A stretch of DNA of 64,000 bases from Zootoca vivipara (taxonomy: Eukaryota), in NCBI RefSeq assembly GCF_963506605.1, contig NC_083281.1, positions 41,788,001 to 41,852,000 of the forward strand, read 5' to 3'. Each line of letters opens with the position of its first letter. Within the stretch, counting starts at the first letter, position 1. This document shows positions 42,601-57,413 of this stretch, piece after piece. Made by a program: the position numbers and the translations under genes. Under the pieces are notes generated by a model. That model saw nothing but the letters and a program-made list of their open reading frames with translations, made no database searches and was not told where the DNA came from.

Positions 42601-44626
42601 CGGCAAGCCCTAGGCTCCGTGGTTTAACCCACGTGGCTTAACCCCGTGGTTTAACTATCCCCGTGCAGGTTGAGTGATTATATAAATCTAGACACACACA
42701 AACAAATGCAGAGGCTGGTGCCCCTGCTTGCATTGTTCCCCAACCCCACCTACACCTCTGCCAACCACTCCAGCCCCATCCTTCCCTTTACATCTCACCC
42801 AAATCCCCATCCTCACACAGCTCCCCTGTGTCCTGCCACCCCTGCTTTATTCAAACCTCTGATGTTGTTTAAAACCACCATTTTTAAACCTGCCTATTCT
42901 TCTGCTCCCATCTCCCTTCCTGGCCTCATGCAAAACCAGGTTTGTAGTGTGGCCATCTTCTAATGGAGACTGTGTGGTGACAGCCTTACATTTTTATGTG
43001 TATGGGAGAGAGAGACAAAGAGAAAACACACACACACAAATTTCACAGGGAAATGTCACCATCAGGTGTTAAATTGCCACCGTACTTTCATGGTTACTCG
43101 TTCTTACGGATGCAACCCCCATGTGGTGAAACAGAGATGCAGCCACAAGATGGGAGGGGCACCCAAAAGCTACAAGTACAAAACAGCCTACGCACATCCG
43201 ATTGCAGTTGCTCACATCAGCCCTCTCTATTGTCAAGATCTCAGGATTCATTGTCATTGTAGAACTCAGGATAGGATTGGGGAACTCACGGCCCTCTTTC
43301 ATTCTTGATCACTGGCCACATTGGCTGTTGGTGGGAACCGCAAGGTCTCCCTCCTTGCCCTAAAAGGAGTGCTCAAGTTTCTGGTTCAGACCCTCCCAGC
43401 CAGCCAGACCCTCCCTCCAGGGTTCCCCTCCTGCCCCCAAACTGCAGGGTAGTTCAACAGGTGCAGCACCTGTGTATTATATTATTAAGCACTTCTCCAC
43501 ATTCTAGCATAGCCTTTACCAGCCAGGTTTCTTCCAGAGGTTGGTACTGTTCTAGCTCAGACCTACCCCGCAAGAGGGACTAAAATGTCACCATCTCCCC
43601 CTGCAGGAAGCTCTGTGACGTGAAGGAGAAGACACACTCACTCTGGCCCTGGCTGAATAGCAAAGTGGGGGAGTTCCTGAATCCGCTCTATGCACACAAC
43701 CCCTTGGTTATCTGGCCATCGGTGGAGCCGCAGAGTTTGCTGCTCTGGCAAGGTAGGATAGATAAGTCCATTCTCTCTCAAAATAGGGACACAAACTTGC
43801 TTTATTTGCACTCTGTGGTCTGTAACCAAATCCAAGCCCCCCACCATATCAGGACAGAAGTATGAGAGGAATTCAATATAGCACTAAAACAAATGTTTCA
43901 TCAGCACAAGCGTTTCTGGTTACATGATGGAACAACCTCCTCTCTCCTTCCCCCAACTTGCTTTGCACCAGCAGGAACCCAAGCATTGGTTCCCGCAAGT
44001 GGAATTACTTGATTTTAGAAGCTCCAATATGTCACAGTGCTGGCAAATTTTCAGTCTTCTTGAGGACTTGAAACTTTTATTTTTTTTTAAAAAAAAATTA
44101 ATTTGTGGACAACTTTGTATTGCTAATTTCCATTACATTTAAAAACTGGGGTGGGGTATCCTTTTAAATAAACTTTAATTCACTTTAGCAATTCTCTTAT
44201 ACATTGGGGCTTCAAAGAACATTTTAGTCCTTTGCAATTGTGGTGCAATCAAACCCTTTTATTGCATATACATTTCACTGACTGATTCGGATTATGCTAC
44301 AACATGCCCATTTGGGATATCCAAATACCTTTCCTATTCCTTCAGCTGCAGCATTTTACTCGATATTCCTCTTCCAGACTATTAGTTATGGTGATACAAT
44401 ACTGCTACCATCCCAATCACAGCAAGAGCCCAGAGTCGAAGGGGAGTAGAAGAGGAAATAACTTTAATTACTGTACTACTTTTTCAACCTGCTATATATG
44501 GGGATATAGATATTAATCTAACAATTTCCTACAGGCTTATTCCTCCGCTGGGTCCGCTCATCCCACTATCTAGATGACGCATGGGGAGAAATTCAGAAAA
44601 TAGTGAAGTCCACACAGGAAGACTGA
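29220..44626 (+). CDS. Myotubularin-related protein 9-like (MTMR9 paralogue, catalytically inactive), 528 aa (548 aa with cassette exon). Exons: 29220-29416, [31040-31099], 32879-32987, 36315-36440, 37529-37702, 39090-39307, 40208-40369, 40605-40746, 41289-41509, 43607-43752, 44535-44626
   Basis: MEFAELIKTTKVDHVVLSRP...GTITLKCKDLKILQLEIPGMEECLNIASSIEALSS...YPFFYRP...RFRHGGRFPILSYYHKKNG...LRSSQPLVG...LVHGAEGTDTTLLVTALAQ...LEREWIQAGHPF...FEHSYASPYGTFLCNNEKER...IWPSVEPQSLLLWQGLFLRW. All junctions GT-AG; open frame of 1587 nt; syntenic with human MTMR9LP. Confidence 0.93.
29722..29836 (+). mobile_element. tRNA-derived SINE (Squam3-like)
   Basis: GTAGCTCAGTGG A box, GCATGCAGAAGGTCCCAGGTTCAGTTCCC B box; relatives at about 41980-42075 (-), 45500-45590 (-), 60682-60740 (+). 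Confidence 0.7.
30206..30547 (+). mobile_element. Sauria SINE inserted into a CR1 3' fragment, in MTMR9-like intron 1
   Basis: A/B boxes, ACCTTT tail; 13-bp TSD TAAGGGACCACAG at 30193-30205 and 30548-30560. Confidence 0.9.
31040..31099 (+). CDS. Candidate 60-nt symmetric cassette exon of the MTMR9-like gene (adds SVQNLSWYQSARTNGSPPGT)
   Basis: Branch-like TGCTAAC, polypyrimidine tract and CAG acceptor; AG|GT donor; phase 2-2; stop-free in frame. Confidence 0.6.
31575..32335 (+). mobile_element. L2-clade LINE 3' fragment with (TTA)n tail
   Basis: VCSLGVILDSQLSMEAQVNSVSRAAVYQLHLVRRLRPYL...HALVISCLDYCNAL, LQLIQNAAA, LHWLPV. Confidence 0.85.
34082..34493. mobile_element. Non-autonomous Mariner-like DNA element
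   Basis: TACCGTATTTTTTCGTGTATAA 5' end; internal TATAAGACG repeat; GTCTTATACAAGGAAAA 3' end. Confidence 0.55.
35581..35627. repeat. (ATT)n microsatellite (others at 12181-12212, 33116-33156; CA/GT runs at 19026-19058, 19248-19288, 36631-36664)
   Basis: Direct reading. Confidence 0.9.
38214..38730 (+). mobile_element. CR1 LINE 3' fragment
   Basis: Degenerate LEKVQ...RGDMI..Y...GMEKV, 'AGATTCAGGACAGACAAAAGGAA', 'TGGAACACACTCCCCCAGGAGGCAGTG' and typical 3' UTR. Confidence 0.75.
42316..42650 (-). mobile_element. Sauria SINE in MTMR9-like intron
   Basis: Near-identical to the copy at 803-1158. Confidence 0.9.
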
Positions 44627-44823
44627 GTGGGATGGCACCAAAGCAGACTGCAGCACAAGCCATTTCAAAAGCAGAAACCAAAGAACTGGGAAGGAAACGA
44701 TCAGCCACAGCCTGGTTTCTGCTGTGCTGGAAACCAGCAAGCACAGAGCTATCAAGGAGAGTAAATGGTGCTGGTCACTAACCATGTTGTGAACCCAGCC
44801 CTTGTTTGTGTGAGAGATTTGTA

Positions 44824-45040
44824 CAGTGGTACCTCTGGTTAAGAACTTAATTCGTTCCGGAGGTCCGTTCTTAACCTGAAACTGTTCTTAACCTGAGGTA
44901 CTAATTTAGCTAATGGGGCCTCCCACTGCCGGCTGCCACACGATTTCTGTTCTCATCCTGAGGTAAAGTTCTTAACCCGAGGTACTACTTCTGGGTTAGC
45001 AGTCTGTAACCTGAAGCGTTTGTAACCCGAGGTACCACTG
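44824..45040. mobile_element. Tc1/Mariner (Tigger-like) MITE downstream of the MTMR9-like stop
   Basis: CAGTGGTACCTC...GAGGTACCACTG with TA TSD. Confidence 0.88.
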
Positions 45041-46026
45041 TAAATAGGAGAATTTCCCCACTGGATACAGAGCTGGTCACTAAAGTCTGACAATTAAAAG
45101 ACACTTCATGTTGGACTACACAAGTTGCCAGATCTTTGTGTAGTCCAATTATTCAGGCTTCTCATCAAGGAAATAATCTTGTGCTTAGAGTACGTTTGGC
45201 AAGTGGGCAAAGTGTTTGGTGGGGTTTCCTCCAGAATATGATCTTAAAAACTGAAAAACCTAGTTGAATATGTCCTTCTACAGAATCAGGCCATGAGTCA
45301 GACCATCCAGCCCAGGGCCATCTCCCCTAGCTTTCCCTTCTAAGTGGTTTTCCAGACTCGTGATTCCCCTCTGCCCTAGGGAGCACAGCCATGCTGGTTG
45401 AGGCTAATGAGAGTTGTGAGTCCAAAACATCAGTTTGGGGAAAGCTTGATCTACTCCAACTGGGAGCAAGTCTCCAGCAGAGCAAGGGCTTCCTTCACCT
45501 TCCTGCCAAGGGCCCTTTTACCAGAAAATGCCATGGGGAAACTGAACCTTGGGCCTTCTGCATGCAAGGCATTTGCTGGGCCACTTGGTCCAATAGCAGC
45601 ATTTATGCCTTTTATTCTGGTTTTTGGACACCTGAGATGTGTCTTTTTAGTACCTGCCCTATTCTTCTGATTGTAAGGCCTGCTGACTCAGGCCAATGGC
45701 CCATCTAGTCCGGCATCCTGTTCTCACCATGGTTTTTATACGGTTGTAACTTGCTGCGGGACCTTGTGGTGAAGGATGGGTAAGCAATCCAGTCTGTACC
45801 ATTACAACTACTACAAATGCCCTGGGAATTATGTGCATCTTGAGAAAGGAAGGAAAATTCTGCAGCGAGGCCACCCAAATCCTAAGACTAAATTCGAAGG
45901 CCCATGTAAACTATTCCCCTTCAACAAATCTGCATAAAATGACTGAGTGTTAAAAGAGTAACAAAAGACATAAACAGCTAAGAAATTCAAACACACTCCT
46001 ACTGTAGCTGGAAACAAGAGTGATGA

Positions 46027-46032
46027 TTTATT
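46027..46032 (-). terminator. EIF3I polyadenylation signal AATAAA
   Basis: TTTATT on plus, about 220 nt downstream of the stop codon. Confidence 0.6.
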
Positions 46033-46252
46033 ATTTCCTTCTGTATAACTTTTATAAATATGCCAAGCATGGCAGGAAGCAGCTGTTCCCAAGAACAGAC
46101 AAGAAGCTGGACATTCTCGTGTTTCTCCAGAACACAGCAGCAGTTATAGTGCACTGTTCTCTGCTTCAGTCTGTGCATCTCCACTAAACCTCCTTAGGAA
46201 CAAGCAGAGATCCAGAAGGCAACTGTAGAAAGGGGAGGAGGAAGGGGCTGGT

Positions 46253-49200
46253 TCAAACTTCAAACTCAAATTCAAAGTACTGGGGATCAAAATAATGGAT
46301 GCGAACATAACCGTCCTCTCCACCGCTGCTGTAACTGAAAGCAGGAACAAAGCAGAAACAAAGTTATAGATTCAATTCCGGGAGTTCCACATTTCACCCT
46401 GGTGAGATGCACACCCGCTTAGAACACAGGGAGATGGACACCCTTACCTCTTTCCATCAGGGTGGAAAGCGACACTGTTAATAGGGCCAAAGTGGCCCTT
46501 GACTCTCCCAAATTCTTCCTCAACGCCCAGGTGGAAGAACCTAGAACCACGAAGGAAAAGGCAGTGAGATACAAGCAACAGAGCCCAGATGTTCATGCTG
46601 AGACTATCTTCAACATACCTCACCAAAGGGGTAACCATTGCCTACTGGTTGCTTGGGGAATTGACTGCATCACCACCATCACCCCCTTGCAGGAATAGGA
46701 GAAGCCAAAATTTGCTCACCTGGCCTCAAACTTGCCAATCCTGGTGGAAGTGGTCGTCACATCCATGGCCTCCTGTCCACCACCCAACACCACCTGCCAA
46801 AGAGGGAATGGGGGATGGGGAGAGAACACCTCAGTCACACACTCCTTTGTAGCATGTTAATGGGCCAAGGACTCAGAGCCCAATACATGATGTCTTCACT
46901 TTCCACCACACAGCAAAACATACTAACCAAGGATAGCCTAACTTCTGTCTACAGTCTGGTAACCTCTAGATTAGATTTGCAATGCATTGTACATGGGGCT
47001 GCTTTTGAAGCTGCTTCAGAAATGGCAGCTAGTGCTATAGAGTCTTGTGTGTCTTAGGACCCCAATACCTCAAGGACCACCTCTCCCCATATGAGCTGAC
47101 CCAGACCTTGCAATCATCATCTGAGGCCCTTCTCCATCGGGCCCCACTGTAGGAGGTCTGGAGGGTGGCAACATGCAAGAGGCCTTTTTCAGTGCTAGCT
47201 CCCTGCTGGTGGAATGCTCCCCCCCGGCACAATCATTACATACCATCAGGCACCAGAGAAAAAACATGTCAGGCATTTGGCTTTTAATTATGTGTGACCT
47301 CCTTCAGTGGGTAGCGCATTTTAAAAATATGCCTTTTTTAAAAATATGAATGTGTTTCAGAGTTTTTTCCTGTTCTGTTCAATGCTGGTTTAAATGTATG
47401 TGTTATTTATTGTTGTAAGTCGCTGTGGGTAACTTTTTTAAAAAGCAACCAATAAGTTTAATAAGAAATACTTAAATACTGTACATAAATAAATAATATA
47501 CTGGTGTTCTAGTGCCCACATGAATTCTAGGAGTTCTCCCAGCAACCAGACAACAGGGATGATAATCAATAATCAATACTTTAAGCTCTGGCCCACCCGA
47601 GTGTCTCCAAGGGGTATAGAATCATAGAGTTGGAAGAGACCACAAGGGCCATCCAGTCCAACGCCCTGCCAAGCAGGGTAGAGAAATGGGGAACCCTAGC
47701 CAATGCTCCCTGCTTGCTCTTTCACTCTTGAGTCTTGCCCCTCCATCTCTCAGTGTATTGTCACATCACACCTACCCAATCCTACTGAAGCCAGGAGGAG
47801 CTGGCAAAGGAGGCAATGCACAACCAACAGCATATATTCAAAAGGTAACATACGAGTCTAGCATCTCTGTCTCACATGGGGAAGATCTTTCACAAGCCTC
47901 TGGGACTCTATGAATGTCTAGCTATGAGGACGGGTGGGGATGCCCCGAAACAAGGGAGAGGTGCCCCATATGGCCCACCAACATACATGATCAAAGATGG
48001 GGGAGAGGGCTGCAGAGTTCACTGGCCGCTCTGTCCGGAACGTCTTCAGGTGGTCAAGCGTCGTGCAGTCAAACAGCTGCAGAGGAAGAAGTGAATTGGC
48101 AGAAGCCTTCTTAGCACACGCATCTCTTAAAGGCACAAAGCATCAGAGTCCTGGGAAAGGTCCCAGTCACCCGCCCTGGGAATGCCACAGCATCATGCCT
48201 AACCAGACGAGCACAAGAAGCAGACTTATCAGCCACTGCAGAGACCACCCAATGGCGATGGCAGCAGGCAGCCCATTGCGGTGGCTGCAGCAAGCACAAA
48301 ACAGACCTCAGAAGCCAAGGAGGGCTTCTTCTGATTGATGGTGCATTGTGACATGCACTGATTTATTACACTGTTTTAAGCAATCTTCAGTCCTTTGTCC
48401 AGCTGAGACAGGAGCCCCAGGCTGTGCCACCAATTCCAAACCAGGAAACTGCTATTTGGTGCAAGCAGCTCTTGTGCCATATCAAACTTAAGAGCCTGGC
48501 AGCTGGATCAGGCCAATGGTGCATCTAGTTTAGCATTCTCTTATCACAGTGGCCACCCAGAGTCCCAAATGGGAAGCCCACAAGCAGGACCCAGGCACAA
48601 GAGTACTCCTTCCACCTGTGATTCTCAGCAACTGGGAGTCAGATGTGTACTGCCTTCAACAGTGGAAATGGAACCTATTCATAAAAGCCTTCTCTTCCAG
48701 CACTTCCTAGTATGCTAAAACATGGATGGGGAGTATGGGAAGCTTCCTTTTGGGGTCACCTTTTTACCTCTCCGTGGCTACTAATGGGTTTTGCACCAAT
48801 CTCAAATTCCACACTTAAAGAGGGCAAATCAGGGAAATATGCAGGACGCACCTTGGCAGTGTTATCCTTGGAGGCAGTGATGAACATGGTCATGTCTCGA
48901 GAGGTCTGAATGTCATTGATCTGTTTGGTGTGCTCTTTGACGTTCATGAGGACCTCTCCTGACTAAAAGAGGAAAGAGAGGTGAAGGAAACTGAGCACCT
49001 CCAGACCAATGGAGGAAGAAACCACATCTTTCTCAAGTCCTGAATAAAACAGCCCATCCAAAACAGCTGACATGCATAAAAAAGAGAGACAAACAATACA
49101 AGACAATTTGTCATTTGGTTATCAGCTGCAGCTCACAGTTCCAACCCACACTAACCTTTGCACTGAACTGGTTCAACTCCCCGTTCTCATGTCCCGCAAT

Positions 49201-51950
49201 AATGTATTCCCCAAGGGGACCCCAAACAGCGCTGGTGATTTTGGAATCACTACAGGGGATCTTCATGTATGGCTCGTTGTCCTCTGTAGACAAAGCAAAA
49301 CAGGGTGAGATTCAGAGATGCCAAAGGGCAGGGGAGGCAGCCACCCATCCCAACCCTGAGCCCTCCACCTAGTGGCCTCACCAATCTGGCTGGAGTCACG
49401 GAGGTCAAAGAAGCTCACAAAACACTGGTAGCCCATTTGTTTGTCTGTGGAAAACATGATGATGTTCCCTCCAAAGTCAAAGCCGCAGGTACGCACGGCT
49501 GAGTTGGTCTTGACCAGAGCAAGCTGCTTCCCTAAGGCAAAAGACATCACACATAAAACTAGCCTGAAGGAAGGTATGCAAATCTCTGTATACCAGGTCC
49601 ATCAGTTCTGACCTGCTCTCCAAGGCCTCAGGCACAGGAGTAGGGTGGTTGGGGAACGAGAGCTTTCCCAGCTCTGCTACCAGAGGCTTTTCAACCAGGG
49701 ATGCCGAGGACTGGATTCTGGTACCTTACTGATTCAAAACCAGTGTGCTGCAGCCCACCTCTTATCGTCAGATAAGCGCCTGCCAAGCTTAAGAGTTCAA
49801 TCCTACACGTTTACCCAGAGGCAAGACCAAATGGGTTCAGTGGGGCCTTTTCCCAAATCAGCCTTAAGTTGATAGGTTTTTAATCCAGCCTTCCCCAAAC
49901 TGGCACCCATCAGATGTTCTGGCTTACAACTCCCATCAGCCTCAGGCATCTCCACCCTGCCTCACTATGGAGTGCTCCCATCATTCCACAAAAGCTTTTG
50001 TTTGAGGTTCTACCTGTCTCACAGTCCCAGAGCCGGCAGCTGTTGTCTGCAGAGCCTGTCAGCACATGCCTCGTGTCCCCTATAGGAGCAGTCAAGGAAC
50101 CAAAACACAATTATGTACAACTTACAGAAGGAGGTGTATATGACTTACTGCACAGCTTCAAGTATCCATACCAAATGAATTCCAAAGCATGGCTCATCCA
50201 ACTGCACAAGCCTTTTGCTGTCAGGTGTCTGGGGCAAAACTTCAACATCTTTCATATGAATCTAAGCATCCAGGAAGTTTCTTTTAACCAATCTGTATTC
50301 TTTAAAAAGTAGGTGTTCTGTAGGGTTATTACGATCTACTAATATGTTCAAAGTCATATTTGTACTAATTAGCCTCTTAGTCAAACTCATAAATTTGGTT
50401 ATTGTCTGTGAAAGTCAAGCACTATGACCCTTGTCTCCTTGATGGTACAGGCAGCTACTCTAATCCCCAAATTAGAGGTCAAAAATAACATTAATGTAAG
50501 GCCCAGCCACTACTCCAGGAGTAGCCAATGCAGTGTCCATGTTCCTGGACTCAGCTCCCATCAGCCCCAGCCAGAATGCCCAATCAATGGTCAGGGATAT
50601 AGGAGCTGGGAATACAGAAATATTGGCTATGCCTCCACTACTCTCTGAAATGCTCACTCCAACTGCAAAGTCTCTCAAGAGTATCTCAACTTAATACTTG
50701 AAAAAGGGTCAAAAATACCAAAGGATACAGTCAGCATCCACACACCAGACTGCGCCAGTATGTCCGCTGTATGTGCCGAGTCTCTCCCCGTTGACAGAGT
50801 ACCAAACATTAACAATCTGATAAAAGAAGAATAATCATATTATGAAAATGCACCCAAAACAGAAAGACAAGAACAAAATTACCACCCTCTAGTCTACCTG
50901 ATTTTGGACAATGTATTGACTACTTAATGGCTTGTGAGAAGCAAACAAATTTGCACTGAATTTTGGTGAGGGGGAAGTACTGGAAGAACTGTTTATATGG
51001 TTAACTACAAATCAGCAATACCTTCAAAAGGAAAAGAAAATAATATGCTAAATAGGCAACAATGTATACTTTTTAAAGGCAGCAAGAAGTTGCGACTGTG
51101 AGAAAGGTGTAGAAAAGAACAGTTCGAGGAAAACATACCGGATCTTTTGCTACTGTGAATAACAAGTCTCCTTCCCTGTTATATTTGATCTGAGTAATTG
51201 ATCTCTCGTGGCCTTGCAACAATATGGGTTTCTGTGAAGAAATGTACTATTAAATCACATATTCTTTATTACCCACCCTTCAACCTAAGGTCTCGGGGTG
51301 GGTTACAACATTAAAGAAGTTTAAAACAACTTTAAATTCATAAAATCCTCAGTTTAGTTGTTGAGCTGAACATTAGTTACTAAAACCACAAATAACTACA
51401 ATCTATTTAGACTCCACGCACAGGATCTGCAATAGGACCCTTCAGATATACGGCAGGAATGAAGCTCTCTTTAATAAGGCCATTTCGGTAAGGCAAGCCA
51501 AGAGGGTGAGGGCGGGGAGGGAAGGGGGAAATTGTCATTTCAACAGCATCGCAAGGCGCTCGCTCTCCCCCCCCCCACCTCTGCCGTGTAGAGGAAATAC
51601 CGTAGTTCGGCCATTACTACTTTTTAAACCTACCGAGCAAAGCAATTGGTGGGTTATCAGACGAGGAAGGGGGGTGTCGGCGTTTGTGGGTTGGGGGGAA
51701 GAATATAAACAAGACAAGGAGGCAGTCTGGATTTAGGGTGTGGCGGCTTCCGAAAGCGTCGTGCGCGCACACGGACACGCGTCCCGTTTCTGCGCGGGGC
51801 TCGAAAGAAACAAGCATGAAAACAACCCGCAGTGCGGCCTATAAAAGCCTACAGGTAAAGCGCACAGGCGGTAAAACAACGCCCGGGTCAATTAAGAAAC
51901 CCCATTCGATAAATCCGGAGGGCGGCGGGGGATAAAGGGAGTCTTACCAT
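46253..51950 (-). CDS. EIF3I: Eukaryotic translation initiation factor 3 subunit I, 325 aa. Coding exons: 51948-51950, 51139-51231, 50729-50816, 50014-50079, 49382-49531, 49156-49283, 48852-48962, 47987-48076, 46720-46793, 46448-46540, 46253-46334
   Basis: M|[31 protein letters not shown]|[30 protein letters not shown]...[10 protein letters not shown]...[43 protein letters not shown]; exons sum to 978 nt; WD40 repeats. Confidence 0.98.
46930..47300 (+). mobile_element. Decayed L2-clade LINE fragment in EIF3I intron
   Basis: CTGGTAACCTCTAGATTAGATT...GGGCTGC and CCCCAATACCTCAAGGACCACCTCTCCCC...GGCCTTTTTCAGTGC...TGGAATGCTCC. Confidence 0.55.
50080..50728 (-). other. U12-type (minor spliceosome) GT-AG intron in EIF3I
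   Basis: 5' splice site GTATCCTTT; branch point TTCCTTGAC (50091-50099) about 10 nt before the AG; no long pyrimidine tract. Confidence 0.92.
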
Positions 51951-52482
51951 GGCTGCGGTGAAGAGACGCCACCGGGAACAGCAACGGCGCCACGAGCGAA
52001 AAAGGCAGAGAATCCACTTCCGGCATCAAACCGGAAGGAAAAGCCCGGCAGCGGAATTATAGAGATAGGAAAAGAAGAGAGAAGTGCATCCAAAGCTTGG
52101 TTTCAGTTGGAGGATTCCGCGTATGCGGGGAGGGTACGTACGCAAGAAGATCACAAACACACAACACGCAGAAAACGAGCAAAGTTCCAGGTCTCGTTCT
52201 ATCTATGCGGTGAGAAGAATAACAATCCGCTCTTTCCTCTATGGTTCTCCCCTCATGCGCACGCGCGCTCCTTCTCTAGAAGGTCGGAAATATACAGTTC
52301 CCTAGAGGGACGTCACAAGCGCCTGGGCCACTTAGGAGGGCGGGGACCACAGAGCTAGGAAGAGAGAGCGACGCCCCGCCTTCTGCCAAAGAGATTGTCA
52401 ATGGCCGACTTCCGTTTTGTACCGGAAGACAAGGCTGCGCGTCTCTCTAGACTCTTGCTCGACTGTGGTCGAGTCTGTCGCC
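51951..52482. promoter_or_regulatory. CpG-island bidirectional promoter EIF3I/TMEM234
   Basis: Head-to-head ATGs 532 nt apart; ETS/GABP sites CACTTCCGG 52015-52023, CCGGAAG 52031-52037, ACCGGAAG 52421-52428; NRF1-like TGCGCACGCGCG 52256-52267; GC boxes; dense CpG. Confidence 0.85.
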
Positions 52483-56082
<3,600 letters not shown>

Positions 56083-56812
56083 GAACCGTCTTGGAAGGAG
56101 GGCAGAATTTGTGGAAGGCAACAGTTCTCCATGCTAATGCTGGCTCTACTCGTAGGACACACACACAGCATCTTTGGAGGCACCCAGTGGACTCCGCACA
56201 AGCTTAGAGCTCTCAAGGCCTGAAGGGAAAGCATTGTCTTCCTTAACCTCTAGCCCCACTGGTTGGCAGTGGGCCCTGGGTGGAGTGACTTGGCAATGGG
56301 ATGCTCCTGCCAGCCTGTCCACAGCAGAACCCCTGAGAGTTCTGGGGGTGCCTTCACATTAGTGGTACAATAAGGAGCACTTTCAACTTGGGCAGAGTTT
56401 GTTCAAAGTGCTCAAGAGAGCAATTTTCTGCAAAGGTGAACTAAAAGTGCAGGCATTCCTGCTAGTGCACATGCAGAGCTGTGAGGCAGGACAGTGGAAG
56501 AAGACATTGGAAGTGCTGAACTGTAAAGCCCCAAACAGCATCATCTGAAGGACTGCTTAGGCTTATGTGAAGTTGCCTAAGCACTGAAATTGGCTTTGGT
56601 AGCCCTGTTCTCTGGCCCATAATTAGTTAAGATCAGAAGGGCATGCAGAAAGGTTGGAGGACAATATGTTGGGAAAGTCTGGTCTAGGCTAATGCCTAGA
56701 TTTTTTCTGTGGATTTACTCTTTGATGCTTATTTTAATTGTTTCTTAATCACAGTATAAGCCACCATAGAAAGTTGTTACCTGGATGGGTGATGTGTAAA
56801 TGATGGTAAACA

Positions 56813-56818
56813 AATAAA
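56813..56818 (+). terminator. Candidate TMEM234 polyadenylation signal
   Basis: AATAAA about 730 nt after the stop; further AATAAA near 56955-56970. Confidence 0.45.
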
Positions 56819-57199
56819 AAACAATTCTGCATTTGAGTACCAGTATGTGCAGAGTGGCTTTTCCCTGCCACTGTGCAACTACAGCTCCCCACCCACCCAA
56901 ACCACTGGAAAGGGCAGGCTGGGCAGGGCATCTTGAGCTCCAGCACTAAAGAAAAAATAAATGAAATAAACCCCTGATAACTCTGGGCAAAGCATAAATC
57001 TTGTGTTGGCTACATTTGCAAAGTTTCAGGTGTGGACAGCTTTACCCTCTTCTTCAGAAACTCCCCAGTGTTTTCAATGAACTCCAGAAAGAGTAATTAG
57101 TTGACCACATGTGGGACTTGCAACAGAGTGTTGCAGTGGTTGTTGGTGGTTTTTTTTAATTAAAAAAAAAATTAAAGATTTTCTTGGTTTACATAAGTA

Positions 57200-57413
57200 C
57201 AGTGGTACCTTGAGTTACAAATGCCTCAGGTTACAAAACGCAGGTTACAAACTCCGCTAACCTGGAAGAGTTACCTTGAGTTGAGAACTTTGCGCCGGCA
57301 GCACAACAGCAGCAAGAGGCCCCATTAGCGAAAACACGCCTCTAGTTAAGAACAGTTTCAGGTTAAGAACGGACCTCCAGAATGAATTAAGTTCGTAACT
57401 AGAGGTACCACTG
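57200..57413. mobile_element. Tc1/Mariner (Tigger-like) MITE
   Basis: CAGTGGTACCT...AGGTACCACTG; TA TSD. Confidence 0.85.
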
